The notes: generated by a model from the sequence alone, not told the origin. A stretch of DNA of 64,000 nucleotides from Candidatus Cloacimonadales bacterium (GCA_963667035.1 OY762964.1:2208001-2272000); one strand, 5' to 3'; counted from the stretch's first letter, positions 43,569-54,561 are shown. Made by a program: numbers and translations.

Positions 43569-44891
43569 ATGAAATTAGCAGTTGTTGGAACTGGTTATGT
43601 CGGTTTAGTAACTGGAACATGTTTCGCAGAAATGGGTAACTACGTTATCTGCGTAGATAATGATGTTACTAAAATTGATATGCTCAACAATGGACAGATT
43701 CCGATTTGGGAACCGGGACTTGAGGAAATGGTTCAAAGAAATGCTACCGAAGGAAGACTTAAATTCACTACAGATATAAAAACTGCAGTAGAAGAATCGT
43801 TAGTTGTATTCATAGCTGTAGGTACTCCTCCGGATGAAGACGGCTCAGCAGACCTTCAATATGTGCTAGCTGTTGCTGAAGATATTGCTCGTAGTATGAA
43901 TGACTATAAGATAGTTGTTGATAAATCTACTGTACCTGTTGGTACTGCCGATAAAGTCAAAGCTAAAATCCAAGAGATTCAAAAAGAGTGTGGTAAAGAG
44001 ATTGAGTTTGATGTAGTTTCAAATCCTGAATTTCTTAAAGAAGGTGCTGCTATCGAAGACTCAATGAAACCTGACAGAGTTGTTGTCGGTGTGGATAACG
44101 TAAGAGTCGGAGAATTAATGAAAGCTCTTTATGAACCATTCAATAGAAGTAGTGATAGAGTCATCATAATGTCAATTCGCTCTGCTGAAATGACTAAATA
44201 TGCTGCAAATGCAATGCTGGCAACAAAGATTTCTTTCATGAATGAGTTAGCAACTCTTTGTGAGAAAATGGGTTCTGATATTGCAGAAGTACGTCATGGA
44301 ATAGGTTCCGATACCAGAATTGGTTACAAATTCATCTATCCTGGTGTTGGTTATGGAGGAAGTTGTTTCCCGAAAGATGTTAAAGCTCTTATTGCTATGG
44401 AGAAGGAAATGGGAGTAACTTCTCGTGTACTTCAAGCAGTTGAAGATGTAAATGATGAACAGAAGAGAGTGCTTGTTAAGAAAGTTAAAGCTCATTTTGG
44501 CGAAGACCTTACAGGTAAGACTTTTGCAATATGGGGACTCTCTTTCAAACCTCAAACTGACGATATGCGTGAAGCTCCTGCAATTGAAATCATTAATGGT
44601 TTACTTGCAGCCGGTGCAAAGGTAAAAGCTTATGATCCTGTTGCTATTGATGAAGCAAAACGCAGACTCGCAGGTGTTGAAGGAATCACCTATGTAAATG
44701 ACCAGTATGAAGTTCTTAAAGATTCTGAAGCTCTTCTTCTTGTTACAGAATGGCATCAATTCAGATATCCTGACTTCGAGAAGATAAAAGCCGAATTGAA
44801 CTCTCCTGTTCTCTTTGACGGTAGAAATCAGTATAACCCTGCTCAATTAAGAGAAATGGGCTTCACCTATTTTGCAATAGGTCGCCCTTAA
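43569..44891 (+). CDS. ugd: UDP-glucose 6-dehydrogenase
   Basis: [24 protein letters not shown] and [10 protein letters not shown]. Confidence 0.95.
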   Translation: MKLAVVGTGYVGLVTGTCFAEMGNYVICVDNDVTKIDMLNNGQIPIWEPGLEEMVQRNATEGRLKFTTDIKTAVEESLVVFIAVGTPPDEDGSADLQYVLAVAEDIARSMNDYKIVVDKSTVPVGTADKVKAKIQEIQKECGKEIEFDVVSNPEFLKEGAAIEDSMKPDRVVVGVDNVRVGELMKALYEPFNRSSDRVIIMSIRSAEMTKYAANAMLATKISFMNELATLCEKMGSDIAEVRHGIGSDTRIGYKFIYPGVGYGGSCFPKDVKALIAMEKEMGVTSRVLQAVEDVNDEQKRVLVKKVKAHFGEDLTGKTFAIWGLSFKPQTDDMREAPAIEIINGLLAAGAKVKAYDPVAIDEAKRRLAGVEGITYVNDQYEVLKDSEALLLVTEWHQFRYPDFEKIKAELNSPVLFDGRNQYNPAQLREMGFTYFAIGRP

Positions 44892-44939
44892 CTAATTATA
44901 TATTATAGGAAGGGGACTTACTCCTTCCTTTTTTTATTT

Positions 44940-45392
44940 ATGACTTCTAAAGACACATTCTGGATGAAACTCGCTCTTGAGGAAGCTAAGCTTGCTATGG
45001 AAGAGGGAGAGATACCTGTAGGAGCTGTCTTGATTAAAGATGATAAGCTTGTATTAAGAAATCACAATAGAACCAAGCAGTTAAGGAATCCTCTTGCACA
45101 TGCTGAAAAGTTGCTTATTGACGAAATTATAACAGATAATTCTTATGTTTACTTAAATGGCTATACTCTTTATGTGACGCTTGAACCATGTATTATGTGT
45201 GCGGGTGTATTACTATGGAGTAGAGTAGGAACTGTAGTCTTTGGTGCTTCAGATGAAAAAGCAGGAGCTGTAGGATCAATTTATGATGTCTTACGCAATA
45301 AAAGCTTCAATCATCATCCAAAGATTGTTAAAGGTGTGCTTGAAACTGAGTGCTCTGAAATACTGACAGAGTTCTTTAAATCGAAACGATAA
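44940..45392 (+). CDS. tadA: tRNA adenosine(34) deaminase
   Basis: GEIPVGAV, HAE, TLEPCIMCAG and FFKSKR. Confidence 0.9.
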   Translation: MTSKDTFWMKLALEEAKLAMEEGEIPVGAVLIKDDKLVLRNHNRTKQLRNPLAHAEKLLIDEIITDNSYVYLNGYTLYVTLEPCIMCAGVLLWSRVGTVVFGASDEKAGAVGSIYDVLRNKSFNHHPKIVKGVLETECSEILTEFFKSKR

Positions 45393-45396
45393 TAAA

Positions 45397-45485
45397 GGAG
45401 AGTTGCCGGAGCGGTTGAACGGGGCGGTCTCGAAAACCGTTGTACGCTTTGCGTACCCAGGGTTCGAATCCCTGACTCTCCGCCA
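45397..45485 (+). tRNA. tRNA-Ser (CGA)
   Basis: GGAGAGT acceptor stem, GCGGT-CTCGAAA-ACCGT anticodon arm, long variable arm, GTTCGAATC and encoded CCA. Confidence 0.97.
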
Positions 45486-45625
45486 TTTTTCTCTATAAAA
45501 CATCCCTTAATATGCCATTCTTTTAGCTTTAGTTAACATACGACTTATGTTTCTTCCATTTCATTACTGCTCACATTTTGTGAAAACTATTCCAAAGTTA
45601 AGACCTCTCTTTGCTGTCTCTTAAT

Positions 45626-45733
45626 ACACGAGAGTCACTCGGGAATCTCACGGGACTCTCTCGGGAATCACTCGGGACTTTGCCCGAGAAATTCCCGAGA
45701 TAATTCCGAACAATTCTCCTGTTGTTCCCGAGT
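45626..45733. repeat. Palindromic 11-bp-period array B
   Basis: CGGG/CGAG at 45629, 45640, 45651, 45662 and 45673; CCCG/TCCG at 45683, 45694, 45705 and 45727. Confidence 0.85.
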
Positions 45734-45902
45734 GTTGAAAGAAAGCACTTTAGCATTAAATTATGACAAAAGATATCCGCAACATCATTTAATTCATTAC
45801 ACTAAGATTCTATCAATTGTAACTATGATAGTTTAGAACAGGTATAAACTAAGCCTTTAAACAGCAATCAGCAAATCACAAGAATATCAAAAGTAAAAAA
45901 AG

Positions 45903-45946
45903 CTTGACGTGAACATATGTTCATTAAAAGTGTGAACATATGTTCA
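45903..45946 (+). promoter_or_regulatory. Promoter with two identical palindromic operators TGAACATATGTTCA
   Basis: Copies at 45910-45923 and 45933-45946, just after TTGACG (45903-45908). Confidence 0.8.
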
Positions 45947-45960
45947 TAAAGGAGAGAGGA

Positions 45961-46440
45961 ATGACCAGAACCAGAAAGTGCAGATTAGTTAAGAATCCGC
46001 CTAATAGCAGTTTATTTAAGCCGGCCGGAGTTGCCGTAAACGAATTGAATATGATTAAGCTGACTATTGATGAATACGAGGCAATTCGTCTCGCAGATTA
46101 TGAAGGTTTGGATCAACAGGAAGCTTCTGAGAAAATGGGAATTTCAAGACCTACTTTTACCAGATTGATACAGAAAGCTCGTGAAAAAGTTTCGACATTC
46201 ATAATCGAAAGCAGATGCCTGAGTATCGAGGGTGGTAACATTCATTTCAAAAGCGACATAATAGAATGCACTAAATGCGGAACCAGAATAGAGAAAGAAT
46301 TCGAAGCAAAAGATGTTCGTTGTCCCAATTGCGGTGGAACAGAATTCCGAAGTATAGCCGAACAGTTTGGTCACGGAAGATGTTGCCGCAACGGAAGAGG
46401 GTTTCAACGAAACAACATTAATCATTGTAAACAAGATTAG
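45961..46440 (+). CDS. DUF134 (UPF0251) HTH protein with C-terminal zinc ribbon
   Basis: FKPAGV, EYEAIRLADYEGLDQQEASEKMGISRPTF and CxxC...CPxC. Confidence 0.9.
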   Translation: MTRTRKCRLVKNPPNSSLFKPAGVAVNELNMIKLTIDEYEAIRLADYEGLDQQEASEKMGISRPTFTRLIQKAREKVSTFIIESRCLSIEGGNIHFKSDIIECTKCGTRIEKEFEAKDVRCPNCGGTEFRSIAEQFGHGRCCRNGRGFQRNNINHCKQD

Positions 46441-46455
46441 ATATAGGAGGAAATC

Positions 46456-46740
46456 ATGCCAAGAGGCGACAGAACAGGTCCGGAAGGAAATGGTCATATG
46501 ACAGGAAGAAGATTGGGAAACTGCAATCCCGATAGTCAAAGAGAGAACAGATTCTACGGAGAAGGAAGACATTGTGGTTGTGGGAACGGTAATCGTCATC
46601 GTAACGGTTATAGAGTAGGTTTTGGATACAACCGTTTATCGGAAGACTCAGAGAAGAAAGCTCTGGAAGCTGAAGTTTCAATACTTAAAGATCAAATCTC
46701 TGCAATGGAAAAGAGATTATCCGAATTAGCCCAGAAGTAA
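46456..46740 (+). CDS. DUF5320-family protein
   Basis: MPRGDRTGPxGxGxMTGRxLGxC N-terminus and coiled-coil tail. Confidence 0.85.
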   Translation: MPRGDRTGPEGNGHMTGRRLGNCNPDSQRENRFYGEGRHCGCGNGNRHRNGYRVGFGYNRLSEDSEKKALEAEVSILKDQISAMEKRLSELAQK

Positions 46741-46779
46741 CCAAGCATTTATACTCAATACTGTTAGCGTGAGGAATCA

Positions 46780-47037
46780 ATGAAAAGAAAAACAGGATAT
46801 AGAAACTACCGAGGTAGTGCATCTTCAAGTTCTCTCATTGCCTTGCTAAAAGGTATAATCCATACAGCAACGTCGTTTGTAGTAGTCGGAATCGCAAATG
46901 ATCTTAGGAAAGATAACAGCAAGATAAGAGGATTCCTCAAACGTATTGCTGAGAAAAGAGCAAAACAAAAAACAATAAAACCAAAATACAAAGTATATGA
47001 TATCAATGAGAAGGAGACAAAATGGACAAAAAAATAG
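46780..47037 (+). CDS. Small basic hypothetical protein
   Basis: GAGG RBS; fills the gap in the operon. Confidence 0.5.
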   Translation: MKRKTGYRNYRGSASSSSLIALLKGIIHTATSFVVVGIANDLRKDNSKIRGFLKRIAEKRAKQKTIKPKYKVYDINEKETKWTKK

Positions 47038-47390
47038 CTATTCCAACAACAGGTGGACAACTTAGTGCACACTTCGGTCACTGCGAGAAGTTTGCAATTT
47101 ATGAAGTAAAAGACAACAAAATAGTATCTAATGAAATGGTTACTCCTCCACCTCATGAGCCGGGTTCTCACCCAAGATTCCTCAGAGATTTGGGTTGTGA
47201 TGTTATTATCGGTGGTGGCATGGGAACAAGAGCCCAGAACCTTTTTGCCGAGAATAATATTGAAGTATTCATCGGAGTTCCTAATGTAGCCTTGGAAGAA
47301 TTAGTTAATACTTACATTGCTAACGAACTTAAATCAGGTGAGAATCTCTGTGGTCACGAAGATGGTCATGACCATGAGTGCCAACACTAA
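47022..47390 (+). CDS. NifB/NifX-family cluster-binding protein
   Basis: HFGHCEKF and GGMGTRA; His-rich tail. Confidence 0.88.
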   Translation: MDKKIAIPTTGGQLSAHFGHCEKFAIYEVKDNKIVSNEMVTPPPHEPGSHPRFLRDLGCDVIIGGGMGTRAQNLFAENNIEVFIGVPNVALEELVNTYIANELKSGENLCGHEDGHDHECQH

Positions 47391-47416
47391 AAAGAACTAT
47401 AGATAGAAGGCTTGAA

Positions 47417-48283
47417 ATGAAAATAGCTATTGCCAGTGGTAAAGGTGGAACAGGAAAAACAACGGTTTCAACAAATCTGGCTCATTATCTACATACTCAC
47501 CAGGAAGTAGTGTTGGTTGACTTAGACGTTGAAGAGCCTAACTCTGCCTTATTCATCCATAACTCGGAAGTTATGAATGAGACAGAAATCTTCAAGCATA
47601 TCCCTGATTGGGATTCTCAAAAATGCACTCTTTGTGGCCTCTGTCAATCATACTGTAATTTTAACGCAATCATGAAATTGGGAGAGACCGTAATGATCTT
47701 TCCCGAGCTTTGTCATAGTTGCTTTGCTTGTAGTGAACTATGCCCAGAGAATGCTTTACCGATGAAACCTGTCAGAATGGGAGAGTTCAGAAGTTACGAA
47801 TCAGGTAACCTTCATTTTATTGAAGGGAAACTAGATATCGGACAAGAGCAAGCCGTACCCATAATTGCACAAGTCATTGATGAAGTGGACAGAAAATATA
47901 GTAACGACATATTGAAACTATATGATTCCCCTCCGGGGACATCTTGCCCCGTCATTGAAGTGACCAAAGAGAGCGACTTTGTAATGCTTGTAACCGAACC
48001 TACTCCCTTTGGATTGCATGATTTGAAGCTTGCTGTTGAAACAATACGAGAAATTAATAAACCCTTTGGAGTTATTATTAATAGAGCAGACTTGGGGAAT
48101 GATGAAGTTGTTAAGTACTGCAAACAAGAAGGCATTGATATAATAGCTTCTATTCCTAACAGCAGAGATATTGCTGTGCTTTACTCCGAAGGAAAACTTA
48201 TCTACCCGAATCATCAGGGTTTCCGAGAAGCAATCATAAGCATTGTTGAGTATCTAAAGAAACGGGAAGGAGATATCAGATGA
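47417..48283 (+). CDS. MinD/CobQ-like P-loop ATPase with inserted 4Fe-4S ferredoxin domain
   Basis: ASGKGGTGKTT, DLDVEEPN, CxxCxxCxxxC twice and DSPPGTSCP. Confidence 0.9.
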   Translation: MKIAIASGKGGTGKTTVSTNLAHYLHTHQEVVLVDLDVEEPNSALFIHNSEVMNETEIFKHIPDWDSQKCTLCGLCQSYCNFNAIMKLGETVMIFPELCHSCFACSELCPENALPMKPVRMGEFRSYESGNLHFIEGKLDIGQEQAVPIIAQVIDEVDRKYSNDILKLYDSPPGTSCPVIEVTKESDFVMLVTEPTPFGLHDLKLAVETIREINKPFGVIINRADLGNDEVVKYCKQEGIDIIASIPNSRDIAVLYSEGKLIYPNHQGFREAIISIVEYLKKREGDIR

Positions 48284-49161
48284 AAGAACTTGTGATTATC
48301 TCAGGAAAAGGTGGAACAGGAAAAACATCTATCACTGCCTCACTCTCTGTTTTAGCAGGTCAGCAAGCTATTATTGCAGACTGCGATGTTGATGCTGCCG
48401 ATATGCATCTGTTACTTGAACCTAATAATGATTACTCAGAAGATTTCTATAGCGGTGTTATTGCTAACATTGATAGCGAGAAATGCATAAATTGCGGGAA
48501 ATGCAAAGAAGTATGCCATTTCAAAGCCGTTAAAGCTGAACAGAATAATCATGAAGTAATAGATTTGAATTGTGAAGGGTGCGGATATTGCTCTGTTATA
48601 TGTCCCACTCAAGCAATCAAGATGGTAGAGCAGAATGTAGGAAAATGGTATTCATCGGACATAAAAACAGGTTCCAAGATGGTACACGCTCGTCTGAAGA
48701 GCGGGGCTGATAACTCGGGGAAACTGGTAGCAAAGGTTAAGAACCAAGCAAAAGAGCTAGCTACAAAACTAAACAAAGACTACATTATTGTTGATGGCTC
48801 TCCCGGAATTGGATGTCCGGTGGTATCATCTCTATCCGGAGCGGATTATGTCTTGTTTGTTACCGAACCGACAGTATCCGGTATTCATGACTTACAAAGA
48901 GTGCATCAACTGGTTATTAAGTTTGGTATCAGATCAGGATGTATAATCAACAAAGCTGATTTGAACAGCGAATTGAGTAGCGAAATTATATCATATTTAG
49001 ATAAAAACAATATTGATCATTTAGGTAATATCCCTTATGATGAAAGCTTCACAAAGGCAATGACTGACGGTAAATCTATTGTTGAAATCCCTGATAGTCT
49101 TCCTGCCAAAATAATTAAGGGAAGCTGGTTAACAATACAAGAGAAATTGGAGATAAAATGA
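48280..49161 (+). CDS. Second P-loop ATPase with 4Fe-4S domain
   Basis: SGKGGTGKTS, DCDVDAAD, CINCGKC, CEGCGYC and DGSPGIGCP. Confidence 0.9.
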   Translation: MKELVIISGKGGTGKTSITASLSVLAGQQAIIADCDVDAADMHLLLEPNNDYSEDFYSGVIANIDSEKCINCGKCKEVCHFKAVKAEQNNHEVIDLNCEGCGYCSVICPTQAIKMVEQNVGKWYSSDIKTGSKMVHARLKSGADNSGKLVAKVKNQAKELATKLNKDYIIVDGSPGIGCPVVSSLSGADYVLFVTEPTVSGIHDLQRVHQLVIKFGIRSGCIINKADLNSELSSEIISYLDKNNIDHLGNIPYDESFTKAMTDGKSIVEIPDSLPAKIIKGSWLTIQEKLEIK

Positions 49162-49496
49162 AAATAGCTTTTACAGCAAAAGGTGATAACTGGGAAGCAG
49201 CAATAGATCCCAGATTCGGAAGAACAGAATTCATAGTTGTTTTTGATGAAGCTACAGAAGAGCTAACAACTGTTGATAACAGAGACATTGTGAATGTAGA
49301 GCATGGTGCAGGTCCTAAAACAGCTCAATTGATATTTGACATCAATCCCGATATCCTGATTACAGGTAACGGACCGGGAGGTAATGCAGCAGCTGTATTG
49401 CAAAAAGCTAATCTTAAAGTATATACCGGAGCCGGTGACATGAGTATCAAAGATGCTTATGAAGCATATAAGAAAGGAAGTTTAAAAGAGGGTTAA
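49158..49496 (+). CDS. NifB/NifX-family protein
   Basis: DPRFGR, HGAG and ITGNGPG. Confidence 0.85.
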   Translation: MKIAFTAKGDNWEAAIDPRFGRTEFIVVFDEATEELTTVDNRDIVNVEHGAGPKTAQLIFDINPDILITGNGPGGNAAAVLQKANLKVYTGAGDMSIKDAYEAYKKGSLKEG

Positions 49497-50695
49497 TGTG
49501 TAAAGAAAGGATTGTTGCTGAGAATAATGGCAAGAATAAGAGCTTTAATTACGGGACAGTTCTAACAGTTTCTTTTGCTCATTTATCGCATGACCTATAT
49601 TCTTCTTTCTTAGCACCAATCCTACCACTTTTAATAGCGAAACTTGGTATACCGCTTTCCGGAGCAAGTATACTTGATGTAGTCAGGAAACTCCCTTCCC
49701 TATTCAATCCCATAATAGGAATCATAGCCGATAGAACTAGCGTCAAGTGGCTACTCATAATAGCGCCTGCTATCACTGCAATTGCAATGAGCTTGATAGG
49801 ATTAGCCCCCGGATATCTAACAATACTATTATTACTTCTGGTAGCAGGAATAAGTAACACTTTCTTTCATGTCCCATCACCGGTTATTATCAAGGATGTA
49901 GCAGGTACCGAGATCGGAAAGGGAATGAGTTACTACATGCTGGGAGGAGAATTAGCAAGAACACTAGGTCCATTATTAATAACAACAGCAATCTCTTTCT
50001 GGGGATTGGAAGGCTCGTGGAGAGTTATGCCTATCGGTATAGCCACATCCGTAATCCTTTATTTCAAACTAAAGCATGTACATTCGGCACCGATAAAGAA
50101 AAGAGAGAAAGGTGCTAATGAAGTACTTATTAAGCACTACAAGTTGTTTAGTTTAATAGCCGGAATATCTTTCTTCAGAGGTTTAATACACATATCCCTC
50201 ACTCTTTTCTTGCCAACCTACCTTATGCAAAACGGTGCTTCTCTTTGGCTATCCGGTATTGCAGTATCTACTCTTCAGTTAGCAGGAGCAATAGGAACAT
50301 TCTTTGCAGGTTCGTTATCCGATAAAATGGGGAGAGAAAAGATTTTGCTTATCTGCTCTATCATTAACCCCATATTGATGGCACTCTTTATGATTTCTAC
50401 AACATGGCTAAAGTTCCCGATTCTGGTCCTTATAGGATTATCTTTATTTGCTAACGGCCCTATAATGCTAGCTTTGGTACAATCAACCAACACTGACAGA
50501 CCCTCATTAATGAACGGTGTTTATATGGCTCTAAACTTTGGAGTCAGCTCCCTTGTATCGTTACTGATAGGCTTCGTTGGAGATAACATAGGTCTTAAAT
50601 CTACTTTCTATTCATCTATTGTACTTTCTATCTTTACTATCCCTATTATTATAGGTCTCTCATCATATTTAAAAAAGACTCGCAATTCAAATTGA
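49496..50695 (+). CDS. MFS transporter (Fsr-like)
   Basis: About 12 TM segments; HLSHDLY, GxxADR, FFHVP and GSLSDKMGR. Confidence 0.88.
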   Translation: MCKERIVAENNGKNKSFNYGTVLTVSFAHLSHDLYSSFLAPILPLLIAKLGIPLSGASILDVVRKLPSLFNPIIGIIADRTSVKWLLIIAPAITAIAMSLIGLAPGYLTILLLLLVAGISNTFFHVPSPVIIKDVAGTEIGKGMSYYMLGGELARTLGPLLITTAISFWGLEGSWRVMPIGIATSVILYFKLKHVHSAPIKKREKGANEVLIKHYKLFSLIAGISFFRGLIHISLTLFLPTYLMQNGASLWLSGIAVSTLQLAGAIGTFFAGSLSDKMGREKILLICSIINPILMALFMISTTWLKFPILVLIGLSLFANGPIMLALVQSTNTDRPSLMNGVYMALNFGVSSLVSLLIGFVGDNIGLKSTFYSSIVLSIFTIPIIIGLSSYLKKTRNSN

Positions 50696-50770
50696 CAAGT
50701 CGGTATTCCATTTATTCATAGATAATTGAATACAGCGTGATTTCTTTAGTTCACGTACATGGGAGTACTA

Positions 50771-53239
50771 ATGAAACGAGTTTTTACTATCGGTAATTTC
50801 AGATTTACCGCTATCACATCTCGCTTAATCAGAATTGAATATTCTGATAAGAAAGTGTTTGAGAACCATAAAAGTCAGGTTGTCATTAATAGAGAGCCTA
50901 TTGATTGCGAATGCAACTTCCATGAAAGAGATGATATTGTTGAAATCACTACTTCTCACCTGAAACTTATCCATACAAAGAACATCAATAAACTGTGTAA
51001 AGAAAGTCTGAGTATCTCCCTTAATGTAAATGGAGAAATGGTCTCCTGGAATCCTACGATAAGAGACAATGCTAATCTGAAAGGTACTACAAGAACACTT
51101 GATAACACTAACGGAGAAGAACTGGAATTGGAGTCGGGACTCCTCTCAAAGAATGGCTGGTATATACTGAATGATAGCAAATCTTTGGTATTCAATAGCT
51201 CGGGATGGCTACAGCCTAGAAAACATCCGGACAATGTTGATTGGTACTTCTTTGGATATGGTCACGATTACAAGAACGCTTTACTTGATTATACACATAT
51301 TGCAGGTAAAATTCCTATCCCGCCTAAGTATGCATTCGGATACTGGTGGTCTCGTTATTGGAATTATTCAGATACGGAGTTAAGGGAGCTAGTCAATGAT
51401 TTCAATAAATATGACATACCTATTGATGTATTGATAATAGACATGGATTGGCATAAAACTTACGGTCTGGGAAAACATTCAAAAAACTATGCTCCTGATG
51501 GTTCTTTAGTAGGATGGACAGGCTACACTTGGAATAACGATTTGTTCCCTGAACCTAAACAACTTCTAGATTATCTTCACAAAAAAGGTCTTAAAGTTGC
51601 CCTAAACCTACATCCCGCTTCCGGTATCGCCCCTATGGAAAAATGCTACGATGCATTCAAAGCTGAGTATGAATGCTGTGACAGGACTAAGTACATACCC
51701 TATCGAATGGCAGATGAGAACTGGAAAGATATCTACTTCAAGCATGTAATCAAACCCCTGGAAACAGAAGGTGTTGATTTTTGGTGGCTAGACTGGCAAC
51801 AGTTTCCTACAAGTAAGGTCATAGAGGGATTAAACAATACATGGTGGTTAAATCACGTATTTTTTACCGAGATGGAGAAATCGGGTAAACGTCCCCTACT
51901 CTTTCATCGTTGGGGTGGTATGGGCAACCACAGATATCAAGTAGGCTTCTCAGGAGATACTAGAGCCAGTTGGGAATCATTGCAATACCAACCCTATTTC
52001 ACTGCTACGGCTTCAAATGTAGGTTACGGATATTGGTCCCATGATTTAGGTGGGCATTTTCCAAACGGAGAAGATACAAATCCTGAGCTATATCTCAGAT
52101 GGGTACAATTCGGAATTGTAAGTCCAATAGTGCGAACCCACTGTACAAAAGCAGCTAATATCGAAAGACGCTTCTGGAAGTTTCTTTCTCACTTTGAGTG
52201 TTTCAAACAAGCCATTCATCTAAGATACATATTAATACCATACATTTATAACAATGCAAAATTAGCTCATGATTCGGGAATATCAATTTGCCGACCAATG
52301 TATTACGAACATCCTGATGATGATATGGCTTACGAATACAAGAATCAGTACTATTTTGGTAATGACATGATTGCCTCTCCTATCGTATCTCCTTTAGATA
52401 ACAAAACCCAACTTGCTGAGAAAAGCACTTGGTTACCGGATGGAGAATGGTTTGATTGGTCATCTGGTAAATCAATATCCGGTAATAGAGTGTACACAGA
52501 TAACTACTCAATCGATGAAATTCCGCTATTTATTAAGGCAGGTTCGATTATACCGGTAAACAATAAGATTGCTAATACTGCTAACATAGGAAGAGACATT
52601 AAATTCTTCATCATCCCCGGAGAATCGGGAGAAACAGAGTTATATGAAGATGACGGATTCACTACTGATTACTTGAAAGGAGTTTACTCTAAAACAAGTT
52701 TAAAAGGAACCCGAGAAAGTAACAAATATACTCTTGAGATTAGCAATGAGATAGGTTCAGCTACGGATGAGAATAGCGTTCGGGATATCTCTATTGAATT
52801 CATAAACTCATTTAAGCCTGTAAGTATTACATTAACTCCTGATAAAGAATTTGAGGTGCAATACAATCCAAAGAGCTTATCCGTAACAATCTCTTTTGAG
52901 AAAACAGCATCTGAAACTATAAACCTTGTAGTTGAGTTCCCCGAGACAGAAACTAAACTGTTAAATAGTGTGAAGAGACAATTCAATCGCTTTAACTATG
53001 CTTGTGAAAAACTGAAGTATGAAGTAGCAAGAGATGATTGGAGCGGGACTATTCCTGATTCGGTTAACAGATTCCAACAGACCTTACAGAGAGTGGAATA
53101 CAATCCTCTATCGGCAATAGAAGAATTAAGTGATTTAACTAATAAACATAAGGCTATAATAAAGGATTTATATAAGCATCCATCATTAAACAAGGAATTC
53201 TTTGCATGGTTTGAATTGTTCACCACTTGTGAAGAATGA
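50771..53239 (+). CDS. Glycoside hydrolase family 31
   Basis: IDMDWH, WWLDWQQ, HRYQVGFSGD, WSHDLGGH and LYEDDG. Confidence 0.92.
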   Translation: MKRVFTIGNFRFTAITSRLIRIEYSDKKVFENHKSQVVINREPIDCECNFHERDDIVEITTSHLKLIHTKNINKLCKESLSISLNVNGEMVSWNPTIRDNANLKGTTRTLDNTNGEELELESGLLSKNGWYILNDSKSLVFNSSGWLQPRKHPDNVDWYFFGYGHDYKNALLDYTHIAGKIPIPPKYAFGYWWSRYWNYSDTELRELVNDFNKYDIPIDVLIIDMDWHKTYGLGKHSKNYAPDGSLVGWTGYTWNNDLFPEPKQLLDYLHKKGLKVALNLHPASGIAPMEKCYDAFKAEYECCDRTKYIPYRMADENWKDIYFKHVIKPLETEGVDFWWLDWQQFPTSKVIEGLNNTWWLNHVFFTEMEKSGKRPLLFHRWGGMGNHRYQVGFSGDTRASWESLQYQPYFTATASNVGYGYWSHDLGGHFPNGEDTNPELYLRWVQFGIVSPIVRTHCTKAANIERRFWKFLSHFECFKQAIHLRYILIPYIYNNAKLAHDSGISICRPMYYEHPDDDMAYEYKNQYYFGNDMIASPIVSPLDNKTQLAEKSTWLPDGEWFDWSSGKSISGNRVYTDNYSIDEIPLFIKAGSIIPVNNKIANTANIGRDIKFFIIPGESGETELYEDDGFTTDYLKGVYSKTSLKGTRESNKYTLEISNEIGSATDENSVRDISIEFINSFKPVSITLTPDKEFEVQYNPKSLSVTISFEKTASETINLVVEFPETETKLLNSVKRQFNRFNYACEKLKYEVARDDWSGTIPDSVNRFQQTLQRVEYNPLSAIEELSDLTNKHKAIIKDLYKHPSLNKEFFAWFELFTTCEE

Positions 53240-53301
53240 AAAAAGTATTGACTCCAAACTGGCGAGTCCATAGTAATAGCATAAATTATAATAAAGGAGA
53301 G

Positions 53302-53778
53302 ATGATGCTAAGAAAGATAATATACATTTTGATAATCAGTTCTATCGCCATTACACTATCAGCAGACATTTTTCCGACAGGTTTTGGTGGTAATCCCAAT
53401 CCGTTCTCTAACTTCAACAATAACAGTTCACTCTTAAATGTTGAGAATATGGACATGGGACATACCCTGTCATTTATGGCCGGAGGTGGCAGTAACTCTC
53501 AAGGTTTTTACCAATCTATGTATACTAACCATCTGATGTACAGAGTAAACGATAAATTACAATTTAATCTTGACCTCAACTTTGTTAATTATGGTACTGC
53601 TACTTTTAATAAAGATTTTGATATTGAAGGCAATAATGACAACAGAAGCAATGTCGTCCCGGCTTTCAATATGCAATATAAACCTAGCGACAACACTACG
53701 ATTGAATTTAGATTTCAATATGGTGGTTACCGGAGTAATAGATTCTGGAATAGTTTTGATGAGAGGTATAGCAATTGA
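53302..53778 (+). CDS. Exported hypothetical protein
   Basis: AAGGAG RBS; signal peptide. Confidence 0.65.
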   Translation: MMLRKIIYILIISSIAITLSADIFPTGFGGNPNPFSNFNNNSSLLNVENMDMGHTLSFMAGGGSNSQGFYQSMYTNHLMYRVNDKLQFNLDLNFVNYGTATFNKDFDIEGNNDNRSNVVPAFNMQYKPSDNTTIEFRFQYGGYRSNRFWNSFDERYSN

Positions 53779-54551
53779 GCCCGTATGATTTACCTTTAGT
53801 AGTCGGTTTAATAGTTTTCGGAGCTGCTTTTGGCAGCTTTTTTAATGTTTTAGTTTATCGCCTTCCCAGAAAAGAATCAATAGTCTTTCCCGGATCGCAT
53901 TGTCCATCCTGCCAAAGGAAAATACCTATCTGGTTAAACATCCCTATCATAAGTTGGATATTACTGGGAGGTAAGTGTAAGTATTGCAAATCAAAGATTC
54001 ACTGGCACTACCTGATTCTTGAAATAGTTACTCCCCTGGTGTTTCTTGGAGTTTTCTTTGCCTTCGGTTCAGACAACCTGCTATTAATAGTCAAGTACTG
54101 CCTATTCTTCGGTCTTGGCTTAGTCATTTTCTTTATCGATCTCTTTGAGAGAATCATCCCGGATGTATTAAGCCTTCCTCTTATTGTAATAGGTTTAATC
54201 TTCTCCTTCTTACCCGGAAGTGACATATCGTGGCAAAGTTCCCTGTTAGGTGGGGCAATCACATTTGGCTTCTTTTATCTAATTGGACTCTGGTATTACT
54301 TCACTCGTAAGAAAGAAGGAATGGGCGGAGGAGATATTAAATACATTGCTGCAGTGGGCACATTCTTCGGTCCTATGAATAGTCTATTCGTGATTATAGT
54401 TTCATGTGCGGTAGCCCTTGTAGTAATGTTACCTCTCTTAAAATTCAAAAAGGAATACTTCCCCTTTGGTCCTTTTATTGTTATCGGAGCCTATATTGTC
54501 ATGCTCTTTCATGACAGCTTATTCTCTGCCGTAACTTACATATCATATTAG
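53775..54551 (+). CDS. Prepilin peptidase (A24)
   Basis: GSFFNV, SHCPSC, GKCKYC, ID..ERIIPD, GGGDIK and PFGPF. Confidence 0.92.
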   Translation: MSPYDLPLVVGLIVFGAAFGSFFNVLVYRLPRKESIVFPGSHCPSCQRKIPIWLNIPIISWILLGGKCKYCKSKIHWHYLILEIVTPLVFLGVFFAFGSDNLLLIVKYCLFFGLGLVIFFIDLFERIIPDVLSLPLIVIGLIFSFLPGSDISWQSSLLGGAITFGFFYLIGLWYYFTRKKEGMGGGDIKYIAAVGTFFGPMNSLFVIIVSCAVALVVMLPLLKFKKEYFPFGPFIVIGAYIVMLFHDSLFSAVTYISY

Positions 54552-54561
54552 GAAATAAATC

